This document shows, piece after piece, positions 10,208 to 20,120 of a stretch of 64,000 bases of DNA. Each line of letters starts with the position of its first letter. Position 1 is the stretch's first letter. The notes under the pieces were generated by a model. The model worked only from the letters and a program-made list of their open reading frames with translations, ran no database searches and was not told where the DNA came from. Source of the DNA: Myxococcota bacterium (GTDB lineage Bacteria > Myxococcota_A > SURF-8 > G963663525); NCBI GenBank assembly GCA_963676915.2, contig CAXXVK010000060.1:64001-128000 (forward strand), read 5' to 3'. The position numbers and the translations under genes are program-made.

Positions 10208-11377
10208 ATGAAACAAACATTGATTTCCGTTTTGATTCTGTTTTTGCTGTCTTTGGGGTTTGTGGCTTGTGGCGGTGACGACGATGACGAAACCACCACG
10301 GCGCAGGCTCTCTCGTTCGCGACGTTCAATGCAGGACTGGCCGTAAACTTCGTCGATTACGCCGAGGAACGTTCCGCCTTGATCGGCAGTGGCGTCGCCG
10401 GACTGACCGACGATGTGGTCTGCATGCAGGAAGTCTGGCTGGAAGACCACATCGGCAAAGTCGTCGAAGGCGCGAAAAGTGTCTATCCTTACTCCTACTA
10501 TGTATTGACGCCGGAAGAAATCGACCAAAACGAGGACGCCGCCTGTGGCGCCGATGAGAGCCAGGCTTTGAAGGATTGCGTCGATGCCAATTGCGCCGAT
10601 GTCGATCCGGATGAGATGACCGGCTGCGTGCTGTTTCAGTGCGGCGAAGAATACAATGCCCTGTCCGACCCTTGTTCCACTTGCCTGGGGGCGAACATCA
10701 GCAAAACTATTGAAGAAATCTTCGCCATCTGTGCCCAATCGGGCAGCGGAACCCTGGCCTATGGAGGCAACAACGGTCTGCTGCTGCTGTCCAAAACTGC
10801 GCTGAGCAACACCGAAATGGAAATTCTGCCGTCCTACCTCAATCGCCGGGTTGTGTTGAAGGCCAGCATCGCCACGACGGATTATCCGCAAGTCGATGTG
10901 TACTGTACCCACCTGACGGCGAACCTCACCTCCGTAACCTATGGTGGTGACTACGAATCCTGGGCCGACGAACAAGGCGAGCAGATCGACTTGTTCACCC
11001 AGTATGTCGAGGAAAAATCCGGCACGGAAACCCCGGCGGTGTTGATGGGCGACATGAACTGCGGAACGAGCAGCTCGAACGCCGCCGCCGCACTGGAAGA
11101 GAATTTCAACAAGTTCGGCACGGCCGGATTCACCTCGCCCTATGCTGCACAAGCGGCGGCGCAGTGCACCTTCTGCACGGATAATCCCCTTGTCGGTACG
11201 GATGACAAAGAGGGAGACAGCGAGATCATCGATCACGTGATGTTCAAGAATTTCCCCGAAGGTCTGGAAACCACACCGAAACGCATTCTCGACGGAGAAG
11301 TTTCTTTCGATGCCGATGGCGAAACGGTGAATTCCCGGCTTTCCGATCACTACGGCGTGTCGGTCACCATCCAATAA
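10208..11377 (+). CDS. Endonuclease/exonuclease/phosphatase (EEP) family lipoprotein with Cys-rich insertion
   Basis: Lipobox FVAC; ATFN, CMQEVW, CTHL, MGDMN, IDHV and SDHYGV motifs. Confidence 0.85.
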   Translation: MKQTLISVLILFLLSLGFVACGGDDDDETTTAQALSFATFNAGLAVNFVDYAEERSALIGSGVAGLTDDVVCMQEVWLEDHIGKVVEGAKSVYPYSYYVLTPEEIDQNEDAACGADESQALKDCVDANCADVDPDEMTGCVLFQCGEEYNALSDPCSTCLGANISKTIEEIFAICAQSGSGTLAYGGNNGLLLLSKTALSNTEMEILPSYLNRRVVLKASIATTDYPQVDVYCTHLTANLTSVTYGGDYESWADEQGEQIDLFTQYVEEKSGTETPAVLMGDMNCGTSSSNAAAALEENFNKFGTAGFTSPYAAQAAAQCTFCTDNPLVGTDDKEGDSEIIDHVMFKNFPEGLETTPKRILDGEVSFDADGETVNSRLSDHYGVSVTIQ

Positions 11378-11399
11378 TCGACGCGATATACTTCGAGAT

Positions 11400-11437
11400 A
11401 AAAACGCCTGCCGGGATCATTCGGCAGGCGTTTTTTT
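11400..11437 (+). terminator. Rho-independent terminator
   Basis: AAAAACGCCTGCCG-loop-CGGCAGGCGTTTTTTT. Confidence 0.8.
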
Positions 11438-11503
11438 GTAGGAAAATCAGTGTGTTGGAGTGTGGATTGCCCGAATCCTGTCCTTAACCAATGGCTTCAT
11501 CTT

Positions 11504-11590
11504 GATGGACGGGGATTGCATCCCCGTCCTCACGTTTGTCCCAAACCCCAAACCCAAAACGCAAAGAGCAGGATACAATCCTGCTCCTTC
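11504..11590. repeat. REP family B inverted pair (GATG-headed)
   Basis: GATGGACGGGGATTGCATCCCCGTCC plus inverted GAGCAGGATACAATCCTGCTCCTTC; recurs at 15857-15936 and 30615-30676. Confidence 0.75.
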
Positions 11591-11642
11591 AAAGCCTCCT
11601 GATGGTATTTCGTCCATGTAGGAGAAAACAGCCCGATGTACC

Positions 11643-14600
11643 TCAATGGCTGTAATTCAATTTGAGGTCCAGGCCGAAATTACCCTCCGGTTTTACTGCG
11701 TCCGAATCCCATTTTCCTTGTACGGTCAACCACTTCCAGCGGTATTTCAATTCGAAGCTGCGTTCTTTGTCCACCGTTTCATCCGAAATGGCGGTCGAGA
11801 AGTTGATCTGTACGTTGTCCGAAAGTCGTTTGCCGACCATCAGCCGAGGAACGATGGCCGCCCCGGTGGAGGTCGAAGCTTCGTTGTATTCGGTGGTCAG
11901 GCGGAATTCGTCGATCTTGAAGCGCGAACGCACCTGTTCGTCTACGCCGGTGATGTCGGAAATCAAGCTCAAACCTGTGGCGGCGCTGGAATTTCCGCTG
12001 GTTTCCATCGTATCCGTTCCGGTGGAAGGATGGCCGACGAGCAGCAGCGAGACGAGATCCGTCTGAGATAGATCCGAGTTGGAAGTTAGAAGAATTTCGG
12101 GCTGTTCCAGCGTTCCCGCAATGCGCAGGTTCAAAGTGACGTCACGTTCCTCGCCGTCGTCGAGGTAGGTCAGGCGGTTGCTGCCCTCAATGTCGAGCAG
12201 CGGATTGATTTTCTCCCGGTCGTTGAATTCGATCACGAAACGTTTCACGTCGAAGGGGTTTTGCTGAAAATAGATTTTTCCCCCGGCGGAAGAAAGCGTG
12301 TTGAGCAGCGCGGGGCGGTTGTCGTTTCCAACGAGCCGCAAGTCCGCACTTAACGACAAGTCGGCAAGATTGTTTCGAATGCGGATTGAATCGCGGGCTT
12401 TGATTTCGATATCATATTGAAATGTATCGTCTTTTCGGATCGGACCTTCTCGTGCACGGCGAGGCTTGAGCGCATCCCGAACGCTGTCCACTAAAATGGC
12501 TTTCTGCCAGCGCACGGAACGTAAGTATTCCATCGAATTCACTTCCAGCACACCGGCGACATTGAAAGGAAAACCGTCTCCGTTGACGAACAGCCGCCCG
12601 GAAAGTATCGGTTCCATACCCGGCTGAATCTGGAACGAAATCTTGTGGAGATCCAGGTGGAGGTTCCAGCGATCGAGCGTATGTTCGGAACTTTCCCCGA
12701 TACGCGCTTCGCCTCGGGCTTCAACGCGCCCCCCGGCATAGATGGAACGGAAGTTGTCGAACAGAATACGGTTTCCCGAAAACAGCACTTCGCCTTCGAC
12801 ATCTTCCAGCGGACCTTGCAGGTCGGCCAGCTCGAATTGTCCGCGACGCAATCCGAGCGTTCCCTGGATGTCGGTCCGGTCTCCGAGCATCGAAAGTTGC
12901 AGGTCGAACATCAACCCGCCTTCGGCGGCCAGTACGGATTCGGATAGCCGAGGAGCGAGTTTCAAATCGGCTTCGCCATCCATGATCAGGTCCAGCCGCC
13001 CGCTTTGCTCGTAGCGTCCCCGGATGTTGGCCAATGCGCCGTCCGTCGCCAGAACGAAAGAATCGATGGAAACGGCCTGCCGGGCGATACGCGCTTTGAT
13101 GGGCGCTTGAGATTCGATCAGCAACCCCCGGTATTCTCCAGAAAGCCGGTGCATCACCAAGTCTCCCTCACCCGACAAGGGTTGGTCCAAGTTGCCGGAA
13201 TAATTCATTTCCGCCGTCAATTTCCCGTTTTGAATTTTTTCACCCAACAGTGGATCGAGCAGAGGAGCATAGGGAAGATCCGTGGCGGTCAACGACAGAT
13301 TGAGGGCTTCCTCACCGACGAACGATAAATTGAGTCGCGTCGAAAGCTTTCGATCGAACAACAGCGCATTCAGAGAAATCTGGTCGCCGGTCAATTCTAC
13401 GTGAACTTCGCTCGGACCGTATCGTTCTTTGCCGAAATCCAAGGGATCGAACTGAACGACCCCCTGGATGTAGGGGTCCGCCAAGGCTCCGGTGACGCGA
13501 GCGGAAAGCGTCGCGGGAGTATCGGCTCCTCGAACGTAAGGTTGAAGAAAATCGAAGGATTGCAGGCGCAGGGCGTCGGATCGCACCGACAGGTCGTAGC
13601 GTTCCCAGTCCTGAAGACCACCCGACAGGACAAACCGCGCATCGTCCTTTTTGAATTCGCAGGTTTCGAACGTCACGTCGTTTTTCCGAATCGTCGCCCG
13701 TACCTTTCCTTCGTCGAGACGAAAGGATTCCAGGCCGAAATCCGAGAAATCGCCTTCGATCTTTCCCGAAAACCGATCAACCGGTCCGCGAAGTCTGCCT
13801 TTGGCGGAAAACGTACCTTCCAACATCGTTCCAAGTCCGCGATCCAGATTGACGATCTCGAAGAAGTCGCGAACGTCCATTTCTCGTGTGGAAATCCGTG
13901 TGGAAAGCACCAGCTTCGACGGGTTGAAATCGAGGCTTAACGATCCGCGAAAAGACGACGAGCCATGACGGAAACGCCCGTGAAGAAACTGAAGTTTTTT
14001 GTCTTTGAACAGAATATCGAAACGGCTTCGACCCAAATTCATCCCGGAAACGGTGAGGTTTGGAGAGCGGATGTCGGCGTCGATACGTTCGCATTCGATA
14101 CCGTGAATCCGTACGTTCAACGCCGCTTTTCCCTTGATATCGATCCCGGCGATGGTAGGCACTTCACGGAAGTTGAAATTGTCCGACCAGTAGCGCAGGT
14201 CGAAATAGCCGTCAAAGCCGAAATGGTTGTGGACTTTGACCAGCGTATCGGTATTGGGACTGGTGGCGATGGCCTCGACGATTTCGAAACGGTCCGGATA
14301 CAGCGCCAGCGTACCTTTGCCGTTTCCGCCTCCCGGCAGCAACTTCAGGATTTGCAGGGCTTTGGGCCAATCGTCGTCGTACCAACCTGCGGTACGGATA
14401 TCCATGAAGGGGACATTTAAATCGAAATCCCCTTTCATTTCAAGAGGATCGATAGTCCCACCGAGTCCCAGATCTCCCTCGACTTCCATCACGTAAGGCA
14501 CGTTTTTCAGCGTGTAGTTTTCAAGAATTTCGTTCAAGGTGGTATCGACGAGGCGAAGCTGCCAGTTGCAGCTAAGGTGTTCGTCGAAATTCAGCCAGCC

Positions 14601-15644
14601 TTCTTTCAGGAACACGTTTCCTTCGCCCATCTTGAACTGTGCGCCCGAAAACAGCGCTTTCTCGCGGTCGATGGTAAACGGCAAGCGTACGGTTTCGAGG
14701 TTCAACTCTTCGCCGTCTCCAACGCCGATGGTCGTCTCCTGCAGCTCCACTTCGCCGGTCAGAACCGGGTTCGTTACCGGTCCGGTGGCTGTGGCCTGCA
14801 AACGTATCGAGCCGCCGATGGGCGGGAAGTCGGGCAGAAATTCCCGAACGCGGGACAACGGCATGGAGGCCATCAGGTCGAGGCGCCCATCCAGCGGGTC
14901 CAGTTGCAGGTTCTGGCCCGATACCATCAAAGTGGTGGAGGGCATATAGACGGTCAGTTGATCGATGCTGAACGGTTTTTTGATCGACGTATCGAACGAC
15001 AGCCGCGCCCGAATGCCGTGCACGTCGATGGAACGACCTTCGAAATCCAAATTTCCCCTGCCTGTTTCGAAGGTCGCCCGGTAGTCGTTGCCTTTTCTTT
15101 GCAAAATTAGATTGATGTCCGGGAAGTTTGCAAGCGTCGCGTCGCCCTGTTCGACGGAGATTTTTCCTCCGCGAATCCATAAACGATCGGCTTGTAGACG
15201 AAACGGAAGATCCGGCAGGTGAATGCCCGTAAAAGGTTCTTTTTTCTCCGCTTTTTCATTGTCCGGCTTCTCTTCTTCCGGGGGAGTCGTTTGTTGAGGC
15301 GGCAGTTTCAGGGCGACAACGGGTTCTTCCAGCAAAATGTCGTCGAACATCACCCGTCGCCCCAGTAGAGGCAAAAGGGCGAACGATATCGACAATCGTT
15401 GTGCCTCGATACGACCCGTTTCGTCAAAGCGAATCACGGGTTTTTCGACCACCACGCCCGGACCCCAGGGTCGGAAACGCACATCGCCATCGATACGAAT
15501 TCCTTTGCTTTCATGGTTCAAGCCGTCATTGAGCAGGGACACGGCCAGTCGTCCCGCCAGTGGGCTGGACAGAAATATCAGTCCGCTGGCGATAACCAAC
15601 AACGTGATGATCACCAATTGCACTATGGTCCGACGAGACGGCAT
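11643..15644 (-). CDS. tamB: TamB/AsmA-like translocation-assembly module protein
   Basis: N-terminal TM anchor (probable start MPSRR at 15644), long beta-taco-type repeats, and a C-terminal DUF490-like region (IRNNLADL, INPLLDI, IAGTLEQPEI.LTS). Confidence 0.8.
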   Translation of the reverse strand: MPSRRTIVQLVIITLLVIASGLIFLSSPLAGRLAVSLLNDGLNHESKGIRIDGDVRFRPWGPGVVVEKPVIRFDETGRIEAQRLSISFALLPLLGRRVMFDDILLEEPVVALKLPPQQTTPPEEEKPDNEKAEKKEPFTGIHLPDLPFRLQADRLWIRGGKISVEQGDATLANFPDINLILQRKGNDYRATFETGRGNLDFEGRSIDVHGIRARLSFDTSIKKPFSIDQLTVYMPSTTLMVSGQNLQLDPLDGRLDLMASMPLSRVREFLPDFPPIGGSIRLQATATGPVTNPVLTGEVELQETTIGVGDGEELNLETVRLPFTIDREKALFSGAQFKMGEGNVFLKEGWLNFDEHLSCNWQLRLVDTTLNEILENYTLKNVPYVMEVEGDLGLGGTIDPLEMKGDFDLNVPFMDIRTAGWYDDDWPKALQILKLLPGGGNGKGTLALYPDRFEIVEAIATSPNTDTLVKVHNHFGFDGYFDLRYWSDNFNFREVPTIAGIDIKGKAALNVRIHGIECERIDADIRSPNLTVSGMNLGRSRFDILFKDKKLQFLHGRFRHGSSSFRGSLSLDFNPSKLVLSTRISTREMDVRDFFEIVNLDRGLGTMLEGTFSAKGRLRGPVDRFSGKIEGDFSDFGLESFRLDEGKVRATIRKNDVTFETCEFKKDDARFVLSGGLQDWERYDLSVRSDALRLQSFDFLQPYVRGADTPATLSARVTGALADPYIQGVVQFDPLDFGKERYGPSEVHVELTGDQISLNALLFDRKLSTRLNLSFVGEEALNLSLTATDLPYAPLLDPLLGEKIQNGKLTAEMNYSGNLDQPLSGEGDLVMHRLSGEYRGLLIESQAPIKARIARQAVSIDSFVLATDGALANIRGRYEQSGRLDLIMDGEADLKLAPRLSESVLAAEGGLMFDLQLSMLGDRTDIQGTLGLRRGQFELADLQGPLEDVEGEVLFSGNRILFDNFRSIYAGGRVEARGEARIGESSEHTLDRWNLHLDLHKISFQIQPGMEPILSGRLFVNGDGFPFNVAGVLEVNSMEYLRSVRWQKAILVDSVRDALKPRRAREGPIRKDDTFQYDIEIKARDSIRIRNNLADLSLSADLRLVGNDNRPALLNTLSSAGGKIYFQQNPFDVKRFVIEFNDREKINPLLDIEGSNRLTYLDDGEERDVTLNLRIAGTLEQPEILLTSNSDLSQTDLVSLLLVGHPSTGTDTMETSGNSSAATGLSLISDITGVDEQVRSRFKIDEFRLTTEYNEASTSTGAAIVPRLMVGKRLSDNVQINFSTAISDETVDKERSFELKYRWKWLTVQGKWDSDAVKPEGNFGLDLKLNYSH

Positions 15645-15856
15645 CCCTTGACGATCCTTTTCGACCCTTTCCGGTTCGAGCAACGAAATTCGAGCGTATT
15701 TTACCTTTTCCTTTGCTTTCGGCACAAGGAAACGATGACAGTGAAACGGCACGAAAGACCAAATACCACACAATTTCTTCTAACCCGAATCATTCAGGCA
15801 AAATGTTCTCCGTTCGTACGCGAAATCGTCAGGGTGAAACAGGAATGTTCCTGTCC

Positions 15857-15936
15857 GATGGACGGGGATTGCATCCCCGTCCGCATGGTTTTCCTCAAAA
15901 CAAAACGCGAGGAGCAGGATACAATCCTGCTCCATC
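15857..15936. repeat. REP family B inverted pair
   Basis: Same two palindromes and a similar CAAAAC-rich spacer as 11504-11590. Confidence 0.75.
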
Positions 15937-15998
15937 TGTAGGAAATTCCATGTATTATCTATTAGTTTTGAAAATCTATCACCAAGCATACGTAGCAA

Positions 15999-16016
15999 TA
16001 TTTTGTGATGCACCCC
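15999..16016. repeat. Solo copy of the MITE terminal repeat
   Basis: TATTTTGTGATGCACCCC, identical to 5151-5168. Confidence 0.6.
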
Positions 16017-16110
16017 AAGTTCTTTAGGACGATAAAATCCCCTTGTCGAAACGACGGCTTACGGCTATGCTACGCCTCCGGTCGACCGAGGAGCACCGGC
16101 GAATAAATGA

Positions 16111-17175
16111 TTGCAATGGGAGAACGACATGCTCAACCCGATGGACATCATTCACGAACAGGTAGCCGATCCCGCCAGATTGATTCGGCGACAGCAAACC
16201 ACCGCCGGATATTTCGGCGCGGAGTTTCCCTGGGAAATCCTGCAAGCTGCCGGATTCGCTCCCGTGCGTCTGTGCGGTTTTCCGGGAGAGGATCTTGCAG
16301 ACGAAACGTCTTCGTCGCTGACCACCCGGCTTTTGGAGGCACACCGCCACGAACCGCTTGGCTTGGAGTTGCTCTGTCTTCCCGAAAACCATCCTGATTT
16401 CGAGCTGTTGAAAAATGAAAGCGGTCTGGCTCGGCACGTTGTGGAACTCCCCGATCCGGGAACATCGCTCGAAGATACGTTGGCGATGTTTCGGAAATTG
16501 CGTGAAGAACTGACCCGTCTCGGAACACCATGCGATGATGATGCGCTGACCACGGCTCTCGTTCGTTCCAACCTTGCACGCTACAGGTACTCGGAACTGG
16601 AAGAAAAAGTCTTTTCGGCCAAAAGCTTTTTGCAATACTCCGACCTGCTGGCCGTTTCCCTTTTGGGACAATGGACGAACCGCGAAGACTGGACGGATCT
16701 CGTCAACGAACTGGTGGCGAATCCCCTGGAAAACGTGCTGTTGGGTCTTCCCGTGCGACTGTTTCTGGGGGGAGGCGAGATGATCGCCCCCGAAATCCCG
16801 GATGCGCTCGAACGCCTGGACATCAATGTCTGCGGCGACGCTCACGGAGCAGCCGGCGGACACTGGACCGGTGGCATCGACCCGGACGGCAACCCGCTGG
16901 AGAATCTTGCAGCGTTCTATCACGCGAAAAAGCGACAAACTCTCTCTGACGAAAACGGAAGTGCTGTTTTGATTCAACGGGTTAAGGAATCGAAAGCCGA
17001 TGGCGTTTTGTGGATCGTAGATCCGGGAAACGCACAAGAACTCCAGGACGCCGAAACGTTTGAAATGGCACTGAAAAAGGAAAATATTCCCGTTCTTCTT
17101 CTGAAACACAGTCCCTGGACGGAGCCTGACGAGGCGTTGTACGATCGTTTGGAAGATTTTTCGGAAACGCTGTAG
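16111..17175 (+). CDS. 2-hydroxyacyl-CoA dehydratase subunit (HgdD/FldBC-like), divergent
   Basis: GYF..EFP.EILQAAGFAPVRL, P.RLFLGG, NPLENLAAFY, ADGVLW and IPVLLL...DRLEDFSE; the usual Fe-S Cys motifs are not evident. Confidence 0.65.
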   Translation: MQWENDMLNPMDIIHEQVADPARLIRRQQTTAGYFGAEFPWEILQAAGFAPVRLCGFPGEDLADETSSSLTTRLLEAHRHEPLGLELLCLPENHPDFELLKNESGLARHVVELPDPGTSLEDTLAMFRKLREELTRLGTPCDDDALTTALVRSNLARYRYSELEEKVFSAKSFLQYSDLLAVSLLGQWTNREDWTDLVNELVANPLENVLLGLPVRLFLGGGEMIAPEIPDALERLDINVCGDAHGAAGGHWTGGIDPDGNPLENLAAFYHAKKRQTLSDENGSAVLIQRVKESKADGVLWIVDPGNAQELQDAETFEMALKKENIPVLLLKHSPWTEPDEALYDRLEDFSETL

Positions 17176-17188
17176 GATCGGAGTCGTC

Positions 17189-18298
17189 ATGCCATTTCAA
17201 TTCGTTTTGCACAAAACCGATCCATCCGGCGCACGAAGGGGACGAATCACCACCAATCGGGGCGAAATCGACACTCCTTGTTTCATGCCTGTGGGCACGT
17301 TGGGCAGCGTCAAGTCTCTGTCCACCGACGAGTTGAAAGACCTTGGCGCTAAAATTATCCTGGGCAACACTTATCATTTGATGCTGCGCCCCGGCGAAGA
17401 GATCGTTTCCGAAGCGGGCGGCTTGCATCGCTTCATGAACTGGGACCGTCCGATTCTTACCGATTCCGGTGGTTTTCAGGTATTTTCGCTGGCCCGACTG
17501 GTTCGTTTGCAGGAAGAAGGCGCCGAGTTTCGTTCCCACATCGACGGTTCGGCCCACCTACTTAGCCCGGAACGCGCCGTGGAAATCCAAGAAGCGCTGG
17601 ACAGCGACATCATGATGGCGCTGGATGAATGCCCCGCCGCCGACAAACCTCGGGAATACGTCGAGCAATCCATGGCGCTGACCACCCGTTGGGCGAAACG
17701 CTGCCTCGAAGCGCGACGAGACGCCGAGCGAAACGCGCTGTTCGGCATCGTTCAAGGCGGCGTGTTTTCCGATCTGCGAAAACGCCACGCTCAAGAACTG
17801 GCCGCGTTGCCTTTCGACGGCCTGGCCATCGGCGGGTTGTCGGTTGGGGAAGAAAACGCAGTAATGTACGACACCGTAGAAGCCACCACGCCACATCTTC
17901 CCACGGATCGTCCGCGCTACCTGATGGGCGTCGGAGAACCCCGCGACCTGCTCGAAAACATCGAGCGCGGCATTGACATGTTCGATTGCGTCATCCCGAC
18001 CCGTTGCGCCAGAACCGGACGCCTGTATACGCGCCACGGAATCGTCAATATCAAAAACGCGGCTAATACCCGGGATTTTTCACCCCTCGACCCGGACTGC
18101 ACCTGTCCGACCTGCCGAAATTATTCCAAGGCCTACCTTCGTCACCTGTTTTTATCGAAAGAGTTGCTGGCCTACCGGCTGTTGACGCTGCACAACCTGC
18201 ACTTTTTCCTGGATCTGATGCGTCAGGTGCGCGAAGCCATCGAAAACGACCGCTTCGCCACGTTCAAACGGGAATTTTTGGGTGACTTCGAAGCATAG
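17189..18298 (+). CDS. tgt: tRNA-guanine transglycosylase
   Basis: FMPVGT, LGNTYHL, TDSGGFQVFSL, GIDMFDCV and the Zn site CTCPTC...HN. Confidence 0.97.
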   Translation: MPFQFVLHKTDPSGARRGRITTNRGEIDTPCFMPVGTLGSVKSLSTDELKDLGAKIILGNTYHLMLRPGEEIVSEAGGLHRFMNWDRPILTDSGGFQVFSLARLVRLQEEGAEFRSHIDGSAHLLSPERAVEIQEALDSDIMMALDECPAADKPREYVEQSMALTTRWAKRCLEARRDAERNALFGIVQGGVFSDLRKRHAQELAALPFDGLAIGGLSVGEENAVMYDTVEATTPHLPTDRPRYLMGVGEPRDLLENIERGIDMFDCVIPTRCARTGRLYTRHGIVNIKNAANTRDFSPLDPDCTCPTCRNYSKAYLRHLFLSKELLAYRLLTLHNLHFFLDLMRQVREAIENDRFATFKREFLGDFEA

Positions 18299-18400
18299 GT
18301 TCAACTCAGAACAAAAGCCGTGGGGAATACCCACGAATCCATCCCGTTTTTCCTGTATTTCGTTCGAGAAAAAACCGGGAATTTCATCCCAAACCAGCAC

Positions 18401-18429
18401 TTGACAGCGAAGCGGCACAGGTCTATATT
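18401..18429 (+). promoter_or_regulatory. Sigma70-type promoter upstream of pdxS
   Basis: TTGACA (18401-18406), 17 bp spacer, TATATT (18424-18429). Confidence 0.65.
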
Positions 18430-18489
18430 CCTGCCACGGTTTTCCTTGGAATTTCAGTAAACTAGCCATTAATACGAAGGACGAAGACG

Positions 18490-19377
18490 ATGGAAAAGAC
18501 ACAAGGAACTCTTCGAGTCAAAACCGGTCATGCCGAAATGCTCAAAGGTGGCGTAATTATGGACGTGACCACCGTGGAACAGGCCAAAATCGCAGAAGAC
18601 GCGGGTGCCTGCGCGGTAATGGCTCTGGAGCGCGTTCCGGCGGATATCCGGGTGCAAGGCGGCGTCGCACGGATGTCGGACCCGGAAATGATCGTGAAAA
18701 TTATCGAGGCGGTTTCGATTCCCGTCATGGCCAAGGCTCGTATCGGTCATTTCGTCGAAGCCCAGATTCTCGAATCGCTCGGCGTGGACTACGTGGACGA
18801 ATCTGAGGTTCTCACCCCGGCGGATGAGGCTCACCACATCGATAAATGGAACTACACCGTTCCGTTCGTCTGTGGCGCCCGCAACCTGGGTGAAGCCCTG
18901 CGTCGGATCGGCGAAGGTGCAGCCATGATCCGCACCAAAGGCGAAGCGGGAACCGGCGATGTCGTCGAAGCCGTACGCCATGCCCGCACGGTGCTGGGTG
19001 AAATCAAAAAAGTTCAGGCCATGCCCCGTGAAGAATTGATGAGCCATGCCCGCGACCTGGGTGCGCCTTACGATCTTCTGGTGTATGTCCACGAAAACGG
19101 CAAGCTGCCGGTCGTGAATTTCGCCGCCGGCGGACTGGCCACCCCGGCTGACGCCGCAATGATGATGCAATTGGGCCTGGACGGCGTGTTCGTCGGCTCC
19201 GGCATCTTCAAGTCCGGCAACCCGGCTCGTCGCGCCAAAGCCATCGTGCAGGCCGTGACCCACTACAACGATCCCAAGATTCTGGCCGAAATTTCCAAGG
19301 GTCTGGGAGAAGCGATGGTCGGCATCAACGTCAGCTCGCTCGAAGATAACGAGCAACTCGCCAAGCGGGGTTGGTGA
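18490..19377 (+). CDS. pdxS: Pyridoxal 5'-phosphate synthase, synthase subunit
   Basis: [30 protein letters not shown] and [14 protein letters not shown]. Confidence 0.97.
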   Translation: MEKTQGTLRVKTGHAEMLKGGVIMDVTTVEQAKIAEDAGACAVMALERVPADIRVQGGVARMSDPEMIVKIIEAVSIPVMAKARIGHFVEAQILESLGVDYVDESEVLTPADEAHHIDKWNYTVPFVCGARNLGEALRRIGEGAAMIRTKGEAGTGDVVEAVRHARTVLGEIKKVQAMPREELMSHARDLGAPYDLLVYVHENGKLPVVNFAAGGLATPADAAMMMQLGLDGVFVGSGIFKSGNPARRAKAIVQAVTHYNDPKILAEISKGLGEAMVGINVSSLEDNEQLAKRGW

Positions 19378-19402
19378 TCGTCGTAGCACGTTCTTTTTCT
19401 AC

Positions 19403-19429
19403 AAAGGCACGGAAAGCCGTGCCTTTTTT
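19403..19429 (+). terminator. Terminator-like hairpin between pdxS and pdxT
   Basis: AAAGGCACGG-AAAG-CCGTGCCTTTTTT. Confidence 0.65.
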
Positions 19430-19451
19430 CCGTCTCTGAGGTTGGTTTTCG

Positions 19452-20120
19452 ATGAGCGCCACGGCGGATACTATGAGTTCTGAATTATCATCACGGGTTT
19501 TCGGCGTTCTGGCGCTGCAAGGTGCATTTCGGGAGCATCGCCGGATGATCGAGCGCCTCGGCGCAGGCAGCCGGGAAGTTCGCCTTCCGAAGCATTTGGA
19601 GGGTTTGTCGGGATTGATCCTCCCCGGCGGCGAGTCCACGACCATCGGCAAGCTGCTGGTCGAATGGAAACTTTTGGAACCGATCCGGGAAATGGGTCTG
19701 GGCGGTTTGCCTATTTGGGGGAGTTGCGCCGGTGCTATTTTGCTGGCGAAACGTATCCGGGAACGAGGCAAAGAGATGGACCAGCCCCGTTTGGGACTGA
19801 TGGACATGACTGCCGTTCGCAATGCTTTCGGACGCCAGGTGGACAGTTTTGAGGCCGACCTGAACGTCGCGACCCTCGACGAGCCGTTTCGAGGCGTGTT
19901 CATTCGTGCGCCGCTGTTCGAGCTCGACGGACAGGGCGTGCAGTCCCTGTGTACCGTGGAAAACCAGGAGGTTTTCGTTCGGCAGGGACATTTGCTGGCA
20001 ACCTCGTTTCACCCGGAATTGACCGACGATTCCCGACTTCATTCGTATTTCATTCAACTGGCCGCCAAGGAGGTTGCGCAACCTCCCAACGACATCGCGG
20101 CATCAAGGAGCCTTTCATGA
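19452..20120 (+). CDS. pdxT: Pyridoxal 5'-phosphate synthase, glutaminase subunit
   Basis: GVLALQGAF, PGGESTT, WGSCAG, RNAFGRQVDSFE, FIRAP and FHPEL. Confidence 0.95.
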   Translation: MSATADTMSSELSSRVFGVLALQGAFREHRRMIERLGAGSREVRLPKHLEGLSGLILPGGESTTIGKLLVEWKLLEPIREMGLGGLPIWGSCAGAILLAKRIRERGKEMDQPRLGLMDMTAVRNAFGRQVDSFEADLNVATLDEPFRGVFIRAPLFELDGQGVQSLCTVENQEVFVRQGHLLATSFHPELTDDSRLHSYFIQLAAKEVAQPPNDIAASRSLS

